From the NCBI GenBank assembly GCA_964016885.1, contig OZ024741.1, positions 315,022,001-315,086,000 on the forward strand: a stretch of 64,000 nucleotides of DNA. Reading direction: 5' to 3'. How positions within the stretch are numbered: position 1 is the stretch's first letter; each line of letters begins with the position of its first letter. This stretch comes from Eledone cirrhosa (Eukaryota). Shown piece after piece: positions 12,040 to 23,868 of this stretch. Below the pieces are notes generated by a model. That model did no database searches. It was not told the DNA's origin and saw only the letters and a program-made list of their open reading frames with translations. The position numbers and the translations under genes are program-made.

Positions 12040-12953
12040 ACCATGCTCAGAGCTGTACTGAAGGAGAGGACAATAGACCAGGAGGAAATAACAACAAGGA
12101 GAAAGAGCAACCTTCATGAAAGATCCCTTCATAGTACCTTCTTTGAGAAAACTGAATTCAGAGATCCACAGACATGGAACTGGTTAAAAAGAGGAGACCT
12201 TAAAAAGGCTACAGAAGGAATGCAAATGGCTGTGCAAGAGCAGGCCCTCAAAACGAAGTGGCTGAAACACCATATTTACAAGGAGGAGGCTAGCCCACTG
12301 TGCAGGATCTGTGGAGAGAGAGAGAGGAGACTGTGGCTCACATTGTATCCGAGTGTAAACACCTAGCCCAGACTCACTATAAAGGCTGGAGACATGATGT
12401 GATGGGCAGGGTGATCCACTGGCACCTATGCAAAGTAAACAATTTACCACATTCTGAGAAGTGGTATGAGCATAAACCAGAGTCGGTGATAGAAAACAAT
12501 CAGGTGAAGGTGCTGTGGGATTTTAGGATACAGACGCACAAGAAACTGGAACACAATAGACCTGACCTGGTGGTTTTGGACAAGGAAAAAAGATCGTGCC
12601 TGATTGTGGATGTGGCCTGCCCATTCGATACGAGAGGCCAAGAGAAGGAGAGGGAGAAAATTAGCCGATACCAGGACTTAAAGTGGGAGGTAAAAAGGAT
12701 TTGGAACTGCCATGAAGTCAAAGTGGTCCCGATTCTCATAGGCGCACTAGGTACTATCTCAAAGAGTTTCCAGGGATGGTTAAAGAAAATTGGCCCCGCC
12801 CCGCTTTTTGGAACACTTCAAAAGGCATGCTTGCTGGGAACAGCAAGAACCCTCCGATAGAACCTTCCAATATCTGATGCTGCAGGTAGTGGCTTGATAT
12901 TCATACTAACAAACTTTCCAGTTAACCAACATCAATGACTGAGACTCAAAGAA
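12040..12953 (+). mobile_element. R4/Dong family B, copy 3, 5'-truncated
   Basis: Matches 9913-10650 and 1-760; frameshift in a GA run at ~12320; (AAT)n tail to 12969. Confidence 0.92.
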
Positions 12954-12969
12954 CAATAATAATAATAAT

Positions 12970-15900
12970 GCTTTCTTTATTAACCAAAAGGGTTTACATA
13001 AAGTAGACATTAAGGACAGTACAGGACAATACAGGACGGTACAAATGGGCATTTCTGCGTGTAAAAAAGCAAAAACAGAGGATGTAATAAAAATAACAAC
13101 GAAAAATTCCCCAATAGGGGGGAGACTTCAGAGGGACATTTGTGGAGAAAGCCCATTGAAAGGCCACAATGACACTAACTGCCAGGGCAAGTGCCCTCTC
13201 CCAGTTTTCCACCTTTAATTTACAGACACATACTCAGAGTAGGCCCATTCACTCGGGCCATTCTTGCCTCTCTCACCCATCTTTCAACAAAATGCTGGGA
13301 AGAGAGCACTTCCCTCTCTACCGTGATTTTTCATTTTTAAATGAAATTTGAAAAAGTCAATCAGGGCATCACCGAAGAGGCAAGTGCTCGTCTTCTGCCC
13401 TTTCAAACGTGTCCACCATTCTATCTCTTTCACCATGGACACCGCACGTATAAAAAATGCCTGCCATTCCCAGCTAAAGGAGAGTCAATACGTACAAGAA
13501 GGACGAGAGGGGACATCCTTGGCGGACCGAGCACATGATGTTGAACGGTTCCGAAAGGTGACCGTTCACTCTCACCACAGAGCAGATGTCGCTGTGCATG
13601 GCAGCAATCCAGCCTCTGAAGAAGGGCTCAAAGCCAGCCGCCCTCAGCACTGCCGCCAGGTATCGATGGTTGACCCTATCGAAAGCTTTCGACTGATCTA
13701 AATTGATCAAGGACCCACCCGTGCCTGGTTCCCTAGCTACCAGTTCTACGAAGTATCGCATGAGGTGGAGGTTGTCATGGATGCATCTGTCGAGAATGGT
13801 GCATGTCTGCGCCTCTCATACCAGACCACCAACGACAAGCGCCAACCTCTTTGCTAGCACCTTGGCCAAAATCTTGAACTCTATGTTTAGCAGAGTTATG
13901 GGCTTGAAATTATCTATGTTATCCCCATTGTTCGAATCCTTTTTCAGAAGCGCCACCGCTCCTCGGCTCACAGAGCTCGAATTCTCCCGTTCTGTTGCCA
14001 GTTGCAGTAGACGTCCGCCAAGAGGCCTCCGAATAAGTCCGGCATATGTACGTAAAGTTCATAGGGCAGAGCATCCAAATCAGGTGATTTACCCCTTGTG
14101 CAGCCAGTCATTGCCTCCCGTACTTCAGCTGTTGTTATCGGCTTTTCGCAACACTGCGCCTCAGTGGCCGAGAGCCGCAGCAGTCTGTCGAGGTAGACAT
14201 TAACGTCCATCCCTCGATCCGGCCCGCCGCTGCCCCCGAACATCTGAGCGAAATGTCGCTGAAAAGTTTCACACATTTGCCCGGGATTGAGTAGCATGCG
14301 CCCATCGTGGTCCACCAAAGACCGGATCGTGGCTTTGTTGCCACGACGCGCTTCCGCCACTCGGGCCCATTGAACGGCTTTAGTCCCCTCATGTCTGAGA
14401 GCACGCACCCTATCTTTGACAACGCAGCCTTCGTGCTTTGCATTGAAGAATTGGTTAAGGGCCAATTTCGCCGCAAGTACGTCGGTCGCGATGCCTTTGC
14501 TAAGCGCCTCGTCTAATTTTCTAACTAGTTCTCCCTCTGCTCTATTTTTCTCTATTGCTAAAGTTTTAATAAACCTAATGGACTCTGTTCTAATCACACT
14601 TTTCAGAGAAAACCACCACTTGTTGTTGACGATGGCCCCCGTCAACGCCCACTTAACTAGTTCGCTAATCCGGTCTCTGTAGGCCTTACGCGCTGGTAAG
14701 GACGCGTTTAGCTTCCAGTAGCCGGGTCTTTGTCTATGAAGCCTATCTAAGTCAACAACACAGATCAGGAATTTGTGGTCCGTGTAGCTGACTATCTTGA
14801 ATTGTGGACAGCCTATGCTAGACCTATCTATTTCCCTACAAAATACTCTATCTAGATATCATCTGGATGACCCGATACGGTTTGTCCAAGTCCACATTGG
14901 CACATTCGGGAAATCAAATTGGTACCTGTCAGACAGTTCAAAACGCCTGAGCAGGTTGGTGAGGCTCTTGCAGCCTCCTCCCCTATCCGCTAATCCCACA
15001 CAGTCCCAGCGTGCATCTAAGATCCCGTTCCAGTCGCCCACTAACGCTAAAGAACTAGACGTTCCAAGAAAGGTCTCCAGACACCGGAAGAAATCAGGCC
15101 GCTCTGCTCCTGTCGGGGCATAGACGGCCACTAGCCTGAAAGGTTGCCCGTCTCCGCTGGTCACGTTCAACACCACCAACTTACCTTCTGGGTCCAGGAA
15201 GATGGCCCGTATGGCGAGATCCAAAGCTCTCCGAAAAAGCACAGCAACTCCTCATCCCCCCCCCCCGATCCAGGACGGCTTCGAGATGCGTACACATCGT
15301 AACCGCCGAAGATCGGTGCGGAGGCCCGTGCTTGGGAGATTCTGGTCTCGCTTATGGCCACCACATCTATGTTTAGCGACCCGAGATCGTTCAGCAAGTG
15401 CCCCTGCTTCCAACACGACCCCAGGCCACGTACATTTATGCTACCTATTTTTAGAGTAGCCATGTTGGCTAGGATAGGAGGAAAACAAGTGAGAGGGGAG
15501 AGGTACAAAAAAATTACATGTGGCTCTTCTTTAGGAAGCGGGTGGTTGATCCATCCCTCCGACCATTGGTGGGTTTCTCCACGAGAATATCCGTGATTAT
15601 TCTTTTGTTGATGTTCCCTCGGTAGTCTCCAATTGATGTGGGGGAACATTTTTTTCAATGTTATGTAATTTTTTTGTGTGATTTCTATTATTTGTATGTG
15701 TGTGGGGGGTGGTGCAATTTTGGTGGTTTGTACGTAGTTTGTTTCTGTGATGTTGGTGTGCTCTTGAATGTAATTTAAGAACTTTGTGTTGTCTGTGTCT
15801 ATGGCTGTGTATTGTGTCTGCTGTTTGGGTGTTGGTGTTTTCTGTGTTTGCTGTCGTGTTGTTGGATGTGACGGTAGGGTGGGTGGTGGTGGCGGTGGTG

Positions 15901-17540
15901 GTGTCGGTGGTGTTGGTGTTGTTGTTGGTGGTGGTGATGGTGTAGGTGGTTGTGAGGGTGTGGGTGTTGATGGATGTGGAGCAGGTGGGGTAGTTTTCAT
16001 TTTCATTTTTTTAAGGTTATTTCTTCCTCTTTATTTTTTTTTGGGGGGGGGGGGGGGGGGGGAGTTCTTACTTTCGCACTCTTTGTCCGATTTGGCTATA
16101 TCAGGAAGGGGTATGTTTTCCATTGGTTTTGTGGGTGGTGGAAGAGAAGGTGTTTTTGTTGTTGGGGATGGTGATTTCTCTTCTGCCACTGTGTTCTTTG
16201 TTTGTTTGTTTACTCCAGTTGCGGGGCACGGCGTGGGGAGAAGGGGTGGGCGCGTGCCTGTTTTGGTAATTTGGGGGCAGAATGCCTTAAGGTGCGTCTT
16301 GTCACCGCATCCATGACACCTTGGGCACCTACCTTCGACAGTCACGGGTATACGGCTGCCATCGTCCATGTCTATTACATCGGGGATGGCGTCAACGCCT
16401 TCGTGGTTTGCTTGGATGATTAGCTCCATTCCCGACCCTGTCCAATTTTTCTGTCTTATTCGTATGACGTTGAGTTAGGTTGTTTAATCTTCCACGTCAG
16501 CGAGGACGGCTGCCGTCAACCACGCCATCTCCACTGAGGGTGGAACCTGGCCTACTCGAACCCTCACGACTCTCTGGCCGCAATATGTGGGCATCATTGT
16601 GATTTCGTCGCTGCGGAGTGGAGCAATGGCGTGTGCTCTGGCTTCCTCTGTTTTAGCGAAGAGCACAACCACAGTGCCATATCTCGATCCCCGGGCTATA
16701 TATGTTTTCTGTGCCCAGACGGCACCCATAGCGCTTTGGATCTGTGACTCCGTTACCCGTTCAACTCGCCTGGATTTTGATCCGATCGTGCGATAACTGA
16801 CCGAACACAAGAGTTTGTTTCTTATTATCTCAGCTGGGCGGGTGAGACTTACTCTGTGGCCGGTTTTTTTTACCAAGACCTTTGCTTGTTTTATCTCTTC
16901 GTTAGTGATGTTTATTTGTTCAAACTTGTTGGTCGCTTTCGCGAAAGACGTGTTTGTTTTGATTTGTATTGACACGTCGCTAGTTTTGTCTTTTTTGCCG
17001 TCGCCCGTGTTTGTGTTTGTTTCTTTTTCCTCTGTGTTGCTGCTGTTATAGTTGTTGTTCTTTGGGTTCTTTGTGGTTGTTGCTGTTGTTATTGTTGTTA
17101 TTGGGATGGTAGTGGTGTTAGATTTCTGTAACGCAGGAAATTTTTCGTTATAATTTTCACTACTGCTACTACAGTTCCAGTGCCAGCTGCTGCTGATATC
17201 ATTATCACTGTCGCTGTCGTTGCTGCTGCTGTTTCTCTTGTTTTTTATTTTGCCTTGTGATTGGGTGGAAATGGCTGTTCCACCCTCTGAACAACTCGCT
17301 GTTCCTCCCTGTGGACAATTTTCTTTGTCCGCCATGTTTTTGTTTTTTTTTAATTTTGGCGTTATGATTGTAAATAAAAGTAAATTTAGCCCTCAAGGGC
17401 ACGAGATACAGTTAATAAACCCACCTCCTTTGACAGAGGGGTTCTTTAACTACACACCGATGTAAAAAATATATTATTAGAACTTTCAATAACTCATAAA
17501 AATTCAACCAACTTACTCCGCCGTAGTTACCACCGTTTTG
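12970..17540 (-). mobile_element. Tx1 retrotransposon T2, both ends present, ~1.2 kb internal deletion at ~13480
   Basis: ORF1 from 17335 (CHGCGDKTHLKAFC knuckle), ORF2 from 15463 (INVRG, SETRI, GDWNG, DQSKAFD, QGCPLS); 5' end shared with T5; both flanks (AAT)n. Confidence 0.92.
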
Positions 17541-20500
17541 TAATGATAACCAATAATAATAATAATAATAATAATAATGATTTCTTTATTGGCCACAAGG
17601 GCTGACACCAAGAAAAACATTACAGACGGCACAGGACGGTACAGGTCGGTACGATGTGGGTTTTGTGCGTGTAACGATTTTTATTATTTATATAAGAATC
17701 GAAAAAGAAAAAAAAAGACAGAAACATATATATATATATAAACAATAAAAATTAAAATTCAAACAATGAAAAATTCCCCAATAGGGGGTAGACCTCCGAG
17801 GGTTACTCGTGGCGAAAACCACACGAAAGACTACGTCCACCCTGACCATCAGGGCATGCGCGCTCTCTCAATTTTTCCACTGCTCAAACTACAAGCATGT
17901 ATTCAGAGCGGTCCCGTTCACTCGGACCATTCTCGCTACATTCACCCACCGTTCAACAAACGTGCTAGAAGGCAGCCTTGCCTCTCCACCCTGATGTTCC
18001 TCTGCAAGTGAAACTTGAAAAAGTTACTTAGGTATTCGCTGAAGAGGAAAGTGTCTGTTGTTAACCCTTTCTACTTTGTCCACCACACAATCTCTTTCGC
18101 CAGGGCCACCAAGCAGATGAAAACCGCCTGCCCTTCCTCCTCAAAGGAAGACGGCGAGACCATCTGCTCAATAGACTCAATTCATAACCGGATCGGTTTT
18201 ACACACGACAGCAGCTGTTCGACATAGCTCCACAATTCAGCAATCCTCGGGCACTGAACGAGTGCGTGCAGGACGGTCTCGTCGGCCTGCGCACATCTCG
18301 GACAGGCTCGGCTGACAGCACCCCCGTGCCTGTAGAGCTTATCCCGAAGCGGCAACGCTCCCCGGTAGCGAAGTTGTCCAAAGGCCCCGGTCTGAAAGTT
18401 CTCTTGAAGAGAGAGAACAGCTGATTGTCTTCGACACCCAGGGTCTCTCCGAGAACGTCGTCACTCTTTCCCTCCACTAGCCCTCTATAGAACGCCGAGG
18501 TGGATGTTCCACCGATACTAGTGCACAGCTAGTGAGCGCTTGGACATATTCCAGCTTCCAAGCGTTATCATTCGGTTTTTCCTGATCCAGGACTGCAGCT
18601 CCGTCAAGGAGAGAAGCTGGGAAAAAGCGCGTCTGGCAAAAAGCGACCATACATGTTCACCATCAAGGAAGCACCAGAGATGTCGCAGCCTCAGTGCATG
18701 ATTGCGCATCATCAGACACGGCATGCCTAGTCCTCCACATAACGGGTGTTTACAGCAAATGGATCGTCTGACCATGGGAACATGTCCCTTCCACAAAAAG
18801 CGGAAGAGTAGGCGCTCCATTTTGATCAGAGTTGGGGGTAGGTCAAGGTACGACGGTCAGTCTGTAGCAGATGATGGACGCTATGTACGCATTCGCCACC
18901 TCCGCCCGACCTTTCAGAGACAGCCTCCTCTCGGCCCATTTCTGGGTGAGAGAGGCCACCCTGCTCGTCACCTCGCTCCAGTTTTTCTCCATCTGAAGGC
19001 CCGGACCGAACCAGACTCCGAGCAATTTAACCGGTCCTAACGTCCAGCGCCGGCGACGCTATCGGACGGCATGGGATTGCCTCTCCAGGTGCCGAGTTGC
19101 AAGCTCACCGACTTTCCTTGGTTTATCTTTGCTCCTGTCACCACTTCGTATTCCTTGAGAGCGGTGCCGAGCATCTTGACGTGTTTGTAGCTCGACACCA
19201 TCACGGTGACGTCGTCGACGTAAGCTGACACGGATTTCCCGCATCCCAGTTCGCGTGGGACCGCCCCTCTTCGTCTCCAATGTGTGCAGTAACGGCTCGA
19301 AGGCCAGTACGTACAAGAGGGACGAGAAAGGGCAACCCTGGTGGCCGAGCGCATGATGTTGAAAGGCTGCGACAGGTGACCATTCAACCTCACAATCGAG
19401 CAGATGTCCCTGTGTATCGCAGCGATCCAGCCCTAAAAACGCGCCCGAAGCCGACCGCCTCGAGGACCGCAGCCAGGTTCCGATGGTTGACCATATCAAA
19501 TGCTTTAGATTGATCCAAGTTGATCAGGGCCCTACTAGTGACAAGTTCCTTAACCACCCTCTCTATGATGTATCGCATGAGATGGAGGTTGTCGTGGATG
19601 GATCTGTCCGTGATGGTGCATGTCTGCGACAACAAGCGCCAGTCTCCTTGCTAACAGCTTGGCCAAAATTTTAAACTCTGAGTTTAACAGAGTTATGGGC
19701 CTGAAGTTGTCTATAACGTCCTCCTTGTTCGGGTCTTTTCCTAGCAGCGCCACCGCTCCCCGACTCACAAAACTGGGAATGCTCCCGTTTTGCTGCCAGT
19801 TGCAGTAGACATCTGCCAAGAGATCGCCGAACAAGTCTGGCATATACGCATAAATCTCGTAGGGCAGACCATCCAAACCTGGCGATTTACCTCTCGTGCA
19901 GTCAGACATCGCTTCCCGTATTTCACCTGCTGTTATCGGCTTTTCGCAGCACTACTCTTCGGTCGTCGAGAGCCGCAGCAGTCCGTCGAGGTATGCACCG
20001 AAGTTCATACTCCGATCCGGCCCGCCGCCGCTCCCGAACAATTGAACAAAGTGCTGTTGAAAAGCCGCACGCATCTGCTCGGGTTCGAGCAACATGCGCC
20101 TATTTTAGTCAGGCAAAGACCGAATTGTGACTTGTTGCCACGTCGCGCCTCCACCACCCGGGGCCATTGAATAGCTTTCGTCTCCTCGTGTCTTAGAGCA
20201 CGCACTCTAGCTCAGACAACGCAGCCTTCATGCTTTGCGTTGAAGAATTGGTCGAGTTTCAATCTCGCCGCAAGCACGTCAGTTGCGATGCCTGTCCTAA
20301 ACGCCTCTTCTAGCTTTCTAACTAACTCTCCCTCTACTCTATTTTCCTCTATAACTACTTCTTTGTTAAACTTTATCGATTCTACTCTAATAGCCGTTTT
20401 CAGGTTAAACCACCACCTGTTGTTGACGATCGCACCCGTCAACGCACAATATACTAATTCGCTAATCTGGTCTCTGTAAGCTTTGCGCGCCAGGAACGAC

Positions 20501-20801
20501 GCGTTCAGCTTCCAGTAGCCGGGCCCTTGCCTATGGAGTCGATCTAAGTCGACTTCACAGATCACACATTTGTGATCCGTGTAGTCGACTACTTTAAATT
20601 GTGGACAACCTACACTATCCTTATCTGTTTCCCTACAGAATACCCTGTCTAAATACGATCTGGATGACCGGATGCGGTTTGCCCATGTCCACATTGGCAC
20701 ATTCGGACAATCCAGACTATAACTGTTTAGAGAGTTCAAAACGTCTGAGCAAGTTGGTGAGGCTTTTACACCCTCCTGCCCTGTTTACTAGCCCACATAA
20801 T

Positions 20802-20904
20802 TGTTTCTACTTTAGGCACAAGGCCAGCAATTACTCAGTGTATTACTGGTACTTTATTTTATCGACCCCGTAAGGATGAAAGGCAAAGTTAACCTCGGCG
20901 GGAT
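20802..20904 (-). mobile_element. 5'-truncated SINE with 13 bp target-site duplication
   Basis: TAGCCCACATAAT at 20789-20801 and 20905-20917 flanks the SINE body inside the T3 APE domain. Confidence 0.93.
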
Positions 20905-23226
20905 TAGCCCACATAATCCCAGCGTGCATCTAAGATACCGTTTCAATTGCCCGCTAATGCTAAAGAGCGGGCCGTTCCAAGAAAGGTCTCTAGACGTCTG
21001 AAGAAATCTGGCCGTCCAGCCCCTGAAACCATTGCCTTCGCTGCCGGTCACGTCCTGCACCACCGACTTACTTTCTGCGTCCAGGAAAATGGCCCGTATG
21101 GCGAGATCCAAGCTTCTCCGAAAAAGCACGGCAACTCCCCGTGATCCTGGACGGTTGGGAGATGCGTATACATCGTAGCCGCTGAAGATCGGTGCGAAGG
21201 TTCGTGCTTCGGAGATTCTGGTCTCGCTGATGGCCACCACATCTATGTTTAGTGACCTGAAGTCGTTGAGAAGCTGACCATGCTTCCAAGATGACCCCAG
21301 GCCACGTACATTTATACTGCCTATTCTAAGTACGGCCATGTTGGATGAGAAACGGGGTAAGTGAGAAAGGATCACTTACCTTGATCGTGTGGTGAAGGGA
21401 GAGTAGAACCGTCCCTTTCGCTGGTCATGGGTGGTTCCAAGAGGATTCGATGTATATCCTCTTGGTAACCGACCCTCTGAAGTCTCCAACTGAGTTTGGG
21501 AATTTTTATTTTAAAAGTTTGTACTGTTCTATTTTGATTTCAATGATGTTTATGTTTTTGGGGAGAGTTCTTGGTGTTGGTGGGGTGTATTAATTTTTTT
21601 CTGTGACGTCTGTGTGCTGCTTTATATGTTGCAAGAGTTCTTTATTTGCCATCTTTATGGCTGTGAACTTTTTGAGGGGAGGGGTGATTTTGTTGCTGTT
21701 TGCTTGTTGTTGCTGTTGGGTGTGTATGTTTTGTTGTGTTTGCGATGTTGGTGTTTTTGGTGATGATGGTGGTGGTGTGGTTGTTGTGATCGCTTTGGGA
21801 GGGTGAAGCTAAGGGGTTTTTCCTTTTTTTATTTTTTCTGGGAGAATGTTTGCCACTTCCCTCCCGTCTCATACTCCATGTCGGATTCCGTGGCGTCTGG
21901 GAGGGGTATGAGCTCCACTGCTGTTGGTGGTGGTAGTGGAGACCGCTCCGGCGATTTTGCGCCGGTGTAGCTACTGCGACTGTTGGAGTTTCCGCCACCT
22001 CTGCCGCTGTTTTAGTTGTCCGTGGCCTTGGTAGGGGTGCCACGGACGTTGCCCTCTTACTCACCATGGAAGGGTCTTCTTCTTCTGTTGCCTGCCCTGC
22101 TCTTGGTAACAACGGATCAGGCGTCGGAAGGAGGGGAGGGGCTCTTCTTGGCTGTCTTCTGCGGGCAGACGGCCCTGAGGTGACCTTTCTGCCCACAGAG
22201 ATAGCACTTTGGGCGCCTTCCTTCCACGCTTATAAGGAGCTGGAGTCCTTCTTCGAGGTCTATGATATATGGGATGGCCTCGATGCACTCCTGGTCAGTG
22301 TGATTTAGCATTTGCATACCTATTCCTGACCAGTTCTGTCTTCCCATTCTCTGTATTTGCAGTATGGTGGTCTTCTCCTCGATTCCAACCAGTACAGACG
22401 CTGCCAACCAAGGTATGGGCACGTCAGGCGGGACCTGGGTCATTTTGACCCTCACAATTTTCTGACCGTAGTAGGAGGGCACCAAGACTATCTCTTCACT
22501 CTTGAGGGTTTCCAAAGAGTGAGACTTCGCCTCTTGGGGGGGTGGCGAAAAGTAGGTCTACCCTGGCGTACTTTTTGCCTCGGGTGATGTGGGTTTTGTG
22601 CGCCCAGAACCACCCCAAGGCCTTTGGGATTTGAGCCTCCGTGGCTCTCTCCACCCGATGTGACATGTTGTTAACGGTGCGGTAAGTCACCGTGCGCAGC
22701 TCCTGGTCTTTGAAGAAATAGGGTGGAGGTTTCAGGGAAACTCTATTTTCATTCCTTGTCACCATGGCTCTTGCGACTGCCATCTCCTCCTCCGTGACTA
22801 GCACTGTTTCGATATTTCGAGCCTGCAAAAGAAGTGGCTCCTTTTTCAGTGGCACCTCTATTGCTGCCGCTACTGGTCTTACTGGTGGTGCTGAGATCGC
22901 TGTTACTGGTATTGATGTCATTGTTGTTGTTTTCGTTGGTACTGTTGTTGTTGTTATTGTTGTCATTGTTGTTCTTTTCGTTGATACTGTTGCTGCTGTT
23001 ATTGTTATTGTGGCTGTTGTTATTATTGTTGTTTTTGTTGATGTTGTTCCAACTATTATTGTTGTTGTGGCTGTTGTTATTGTCATTGTTATTGTCTTTC
23101 TCGACCTTATCGCTGTTATTTTTGTTGTGGCTGTTGTTATTGTCTTTGTTATTGTTAGTGTTATTGTTGGTGTTGTTTGTGTTAGTAATATTTGGTAATT
23201 TTCAATCTGAAAAAATATCATTATAT

Positions 23227-23331
23227 TGCCGAGGTTAACTTTGCCTTCCATCCTTATGGGGTCGATAAAATAAAGTACCAGTAATACGCTGCTGTGATAA
23301 TTGCTGGCCTTGTGCCAAAAGTAGAAACAAA
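23227..23331 (+). mobile_element. 5'-truncated SINE in T3 ORF1
   Basis: gccgaggttaactttgccttccatccttatggggtcgataaaataaagtaccag...gccttgtgccaaaagtagaaac. Confidence 0.9.
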
Positions 23332-23448
23332 TATATATGATATTGTTCCTCTTTTCCTTCGTAATATTTTCTTTTGTAATTTACCTTCGCTAGAACGCTG
23401 TCTTGCTGACATGTTGACAAAATCCCCCTCTCTCTGTGTTGTCTGACA

Positions 23449-23494
<46 letters not shown>

Positions 23495-23689
23495 GTGTTA
23501 TCCATGTTGAAAGAAATTTTTTTTCAAATAATTTTTACATAATACGACACCCCATAAAGGGGTGCTGTATTATTTACGAGTAAACCCCTGTATTAGGGGT
23601 GTCACTTCTAAATTTTATCAAGTCTAAAATTTGAATAAAACGTTATGAATGGTTGCAATCGAGGTATACTTTTGAAAAATAATAATAAT

Positions 23690-23862
23690 TGTTTCTACTT
23701 TAGGCACAAGGCCAGCAATTACCCAGTACATTACTGGTACTTTATTTTATCGACCCCGTAAGGATGAAAGGCAAAGTTAACCTCGGCGGGATTTGAACTC
23801 AGACTGTAAAGGGATGTAACTATGCTAGAAAACATGGCGTCCAACCCTCTACCGATACTGCC
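23690..23862 (-). mobile_element. tRNA-derived SINE, near full length
   Basis: On - strand: A box tggcagtatcgg, B box gagttcaaatccc, central gcctttcatccttacggggtcgataaa, (ATT)n tail. Confidence 0.9.
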
Positions 23863-23868
23863 AATAAT

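Larger units (their letters stand above)
17579..23677 (-). mobile_element. Tx1 retrotransposon T3, full length, degenerate, two SINE insertions
   Basis: ORF1 from ~23505 (Thr-rich, CYLCGQKGHLRAVC), ORF2 from 21339 with APE, RT (AYVDD) and C-terminal remnants; (AAT)n on both sides. Confidence 0.9.

Noticed and set aside
11059-12132. 357 aa ORF with a novel N-terminus
   Set aside because: Chance read-through from antisense Dong sequence into the truncated Tx1 ORF2.
15167-16006. Apparent in-frame ORF1-ORF2 fusion in T2
   Set aside because: Sibling T5 has a spacer 2 nt shorter in a T run and is out of frame, and both copies are frameshifted elsewhere, so a real fusion is not supported.
15786-16316. 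Val/Gly/Leu-rich + strand ORFs (also 22764-23238, 25079-25865, 30620-31021, 35568-35928)
   Set aside because: Antisense shadows of low-complexity Tx1 ORF1.
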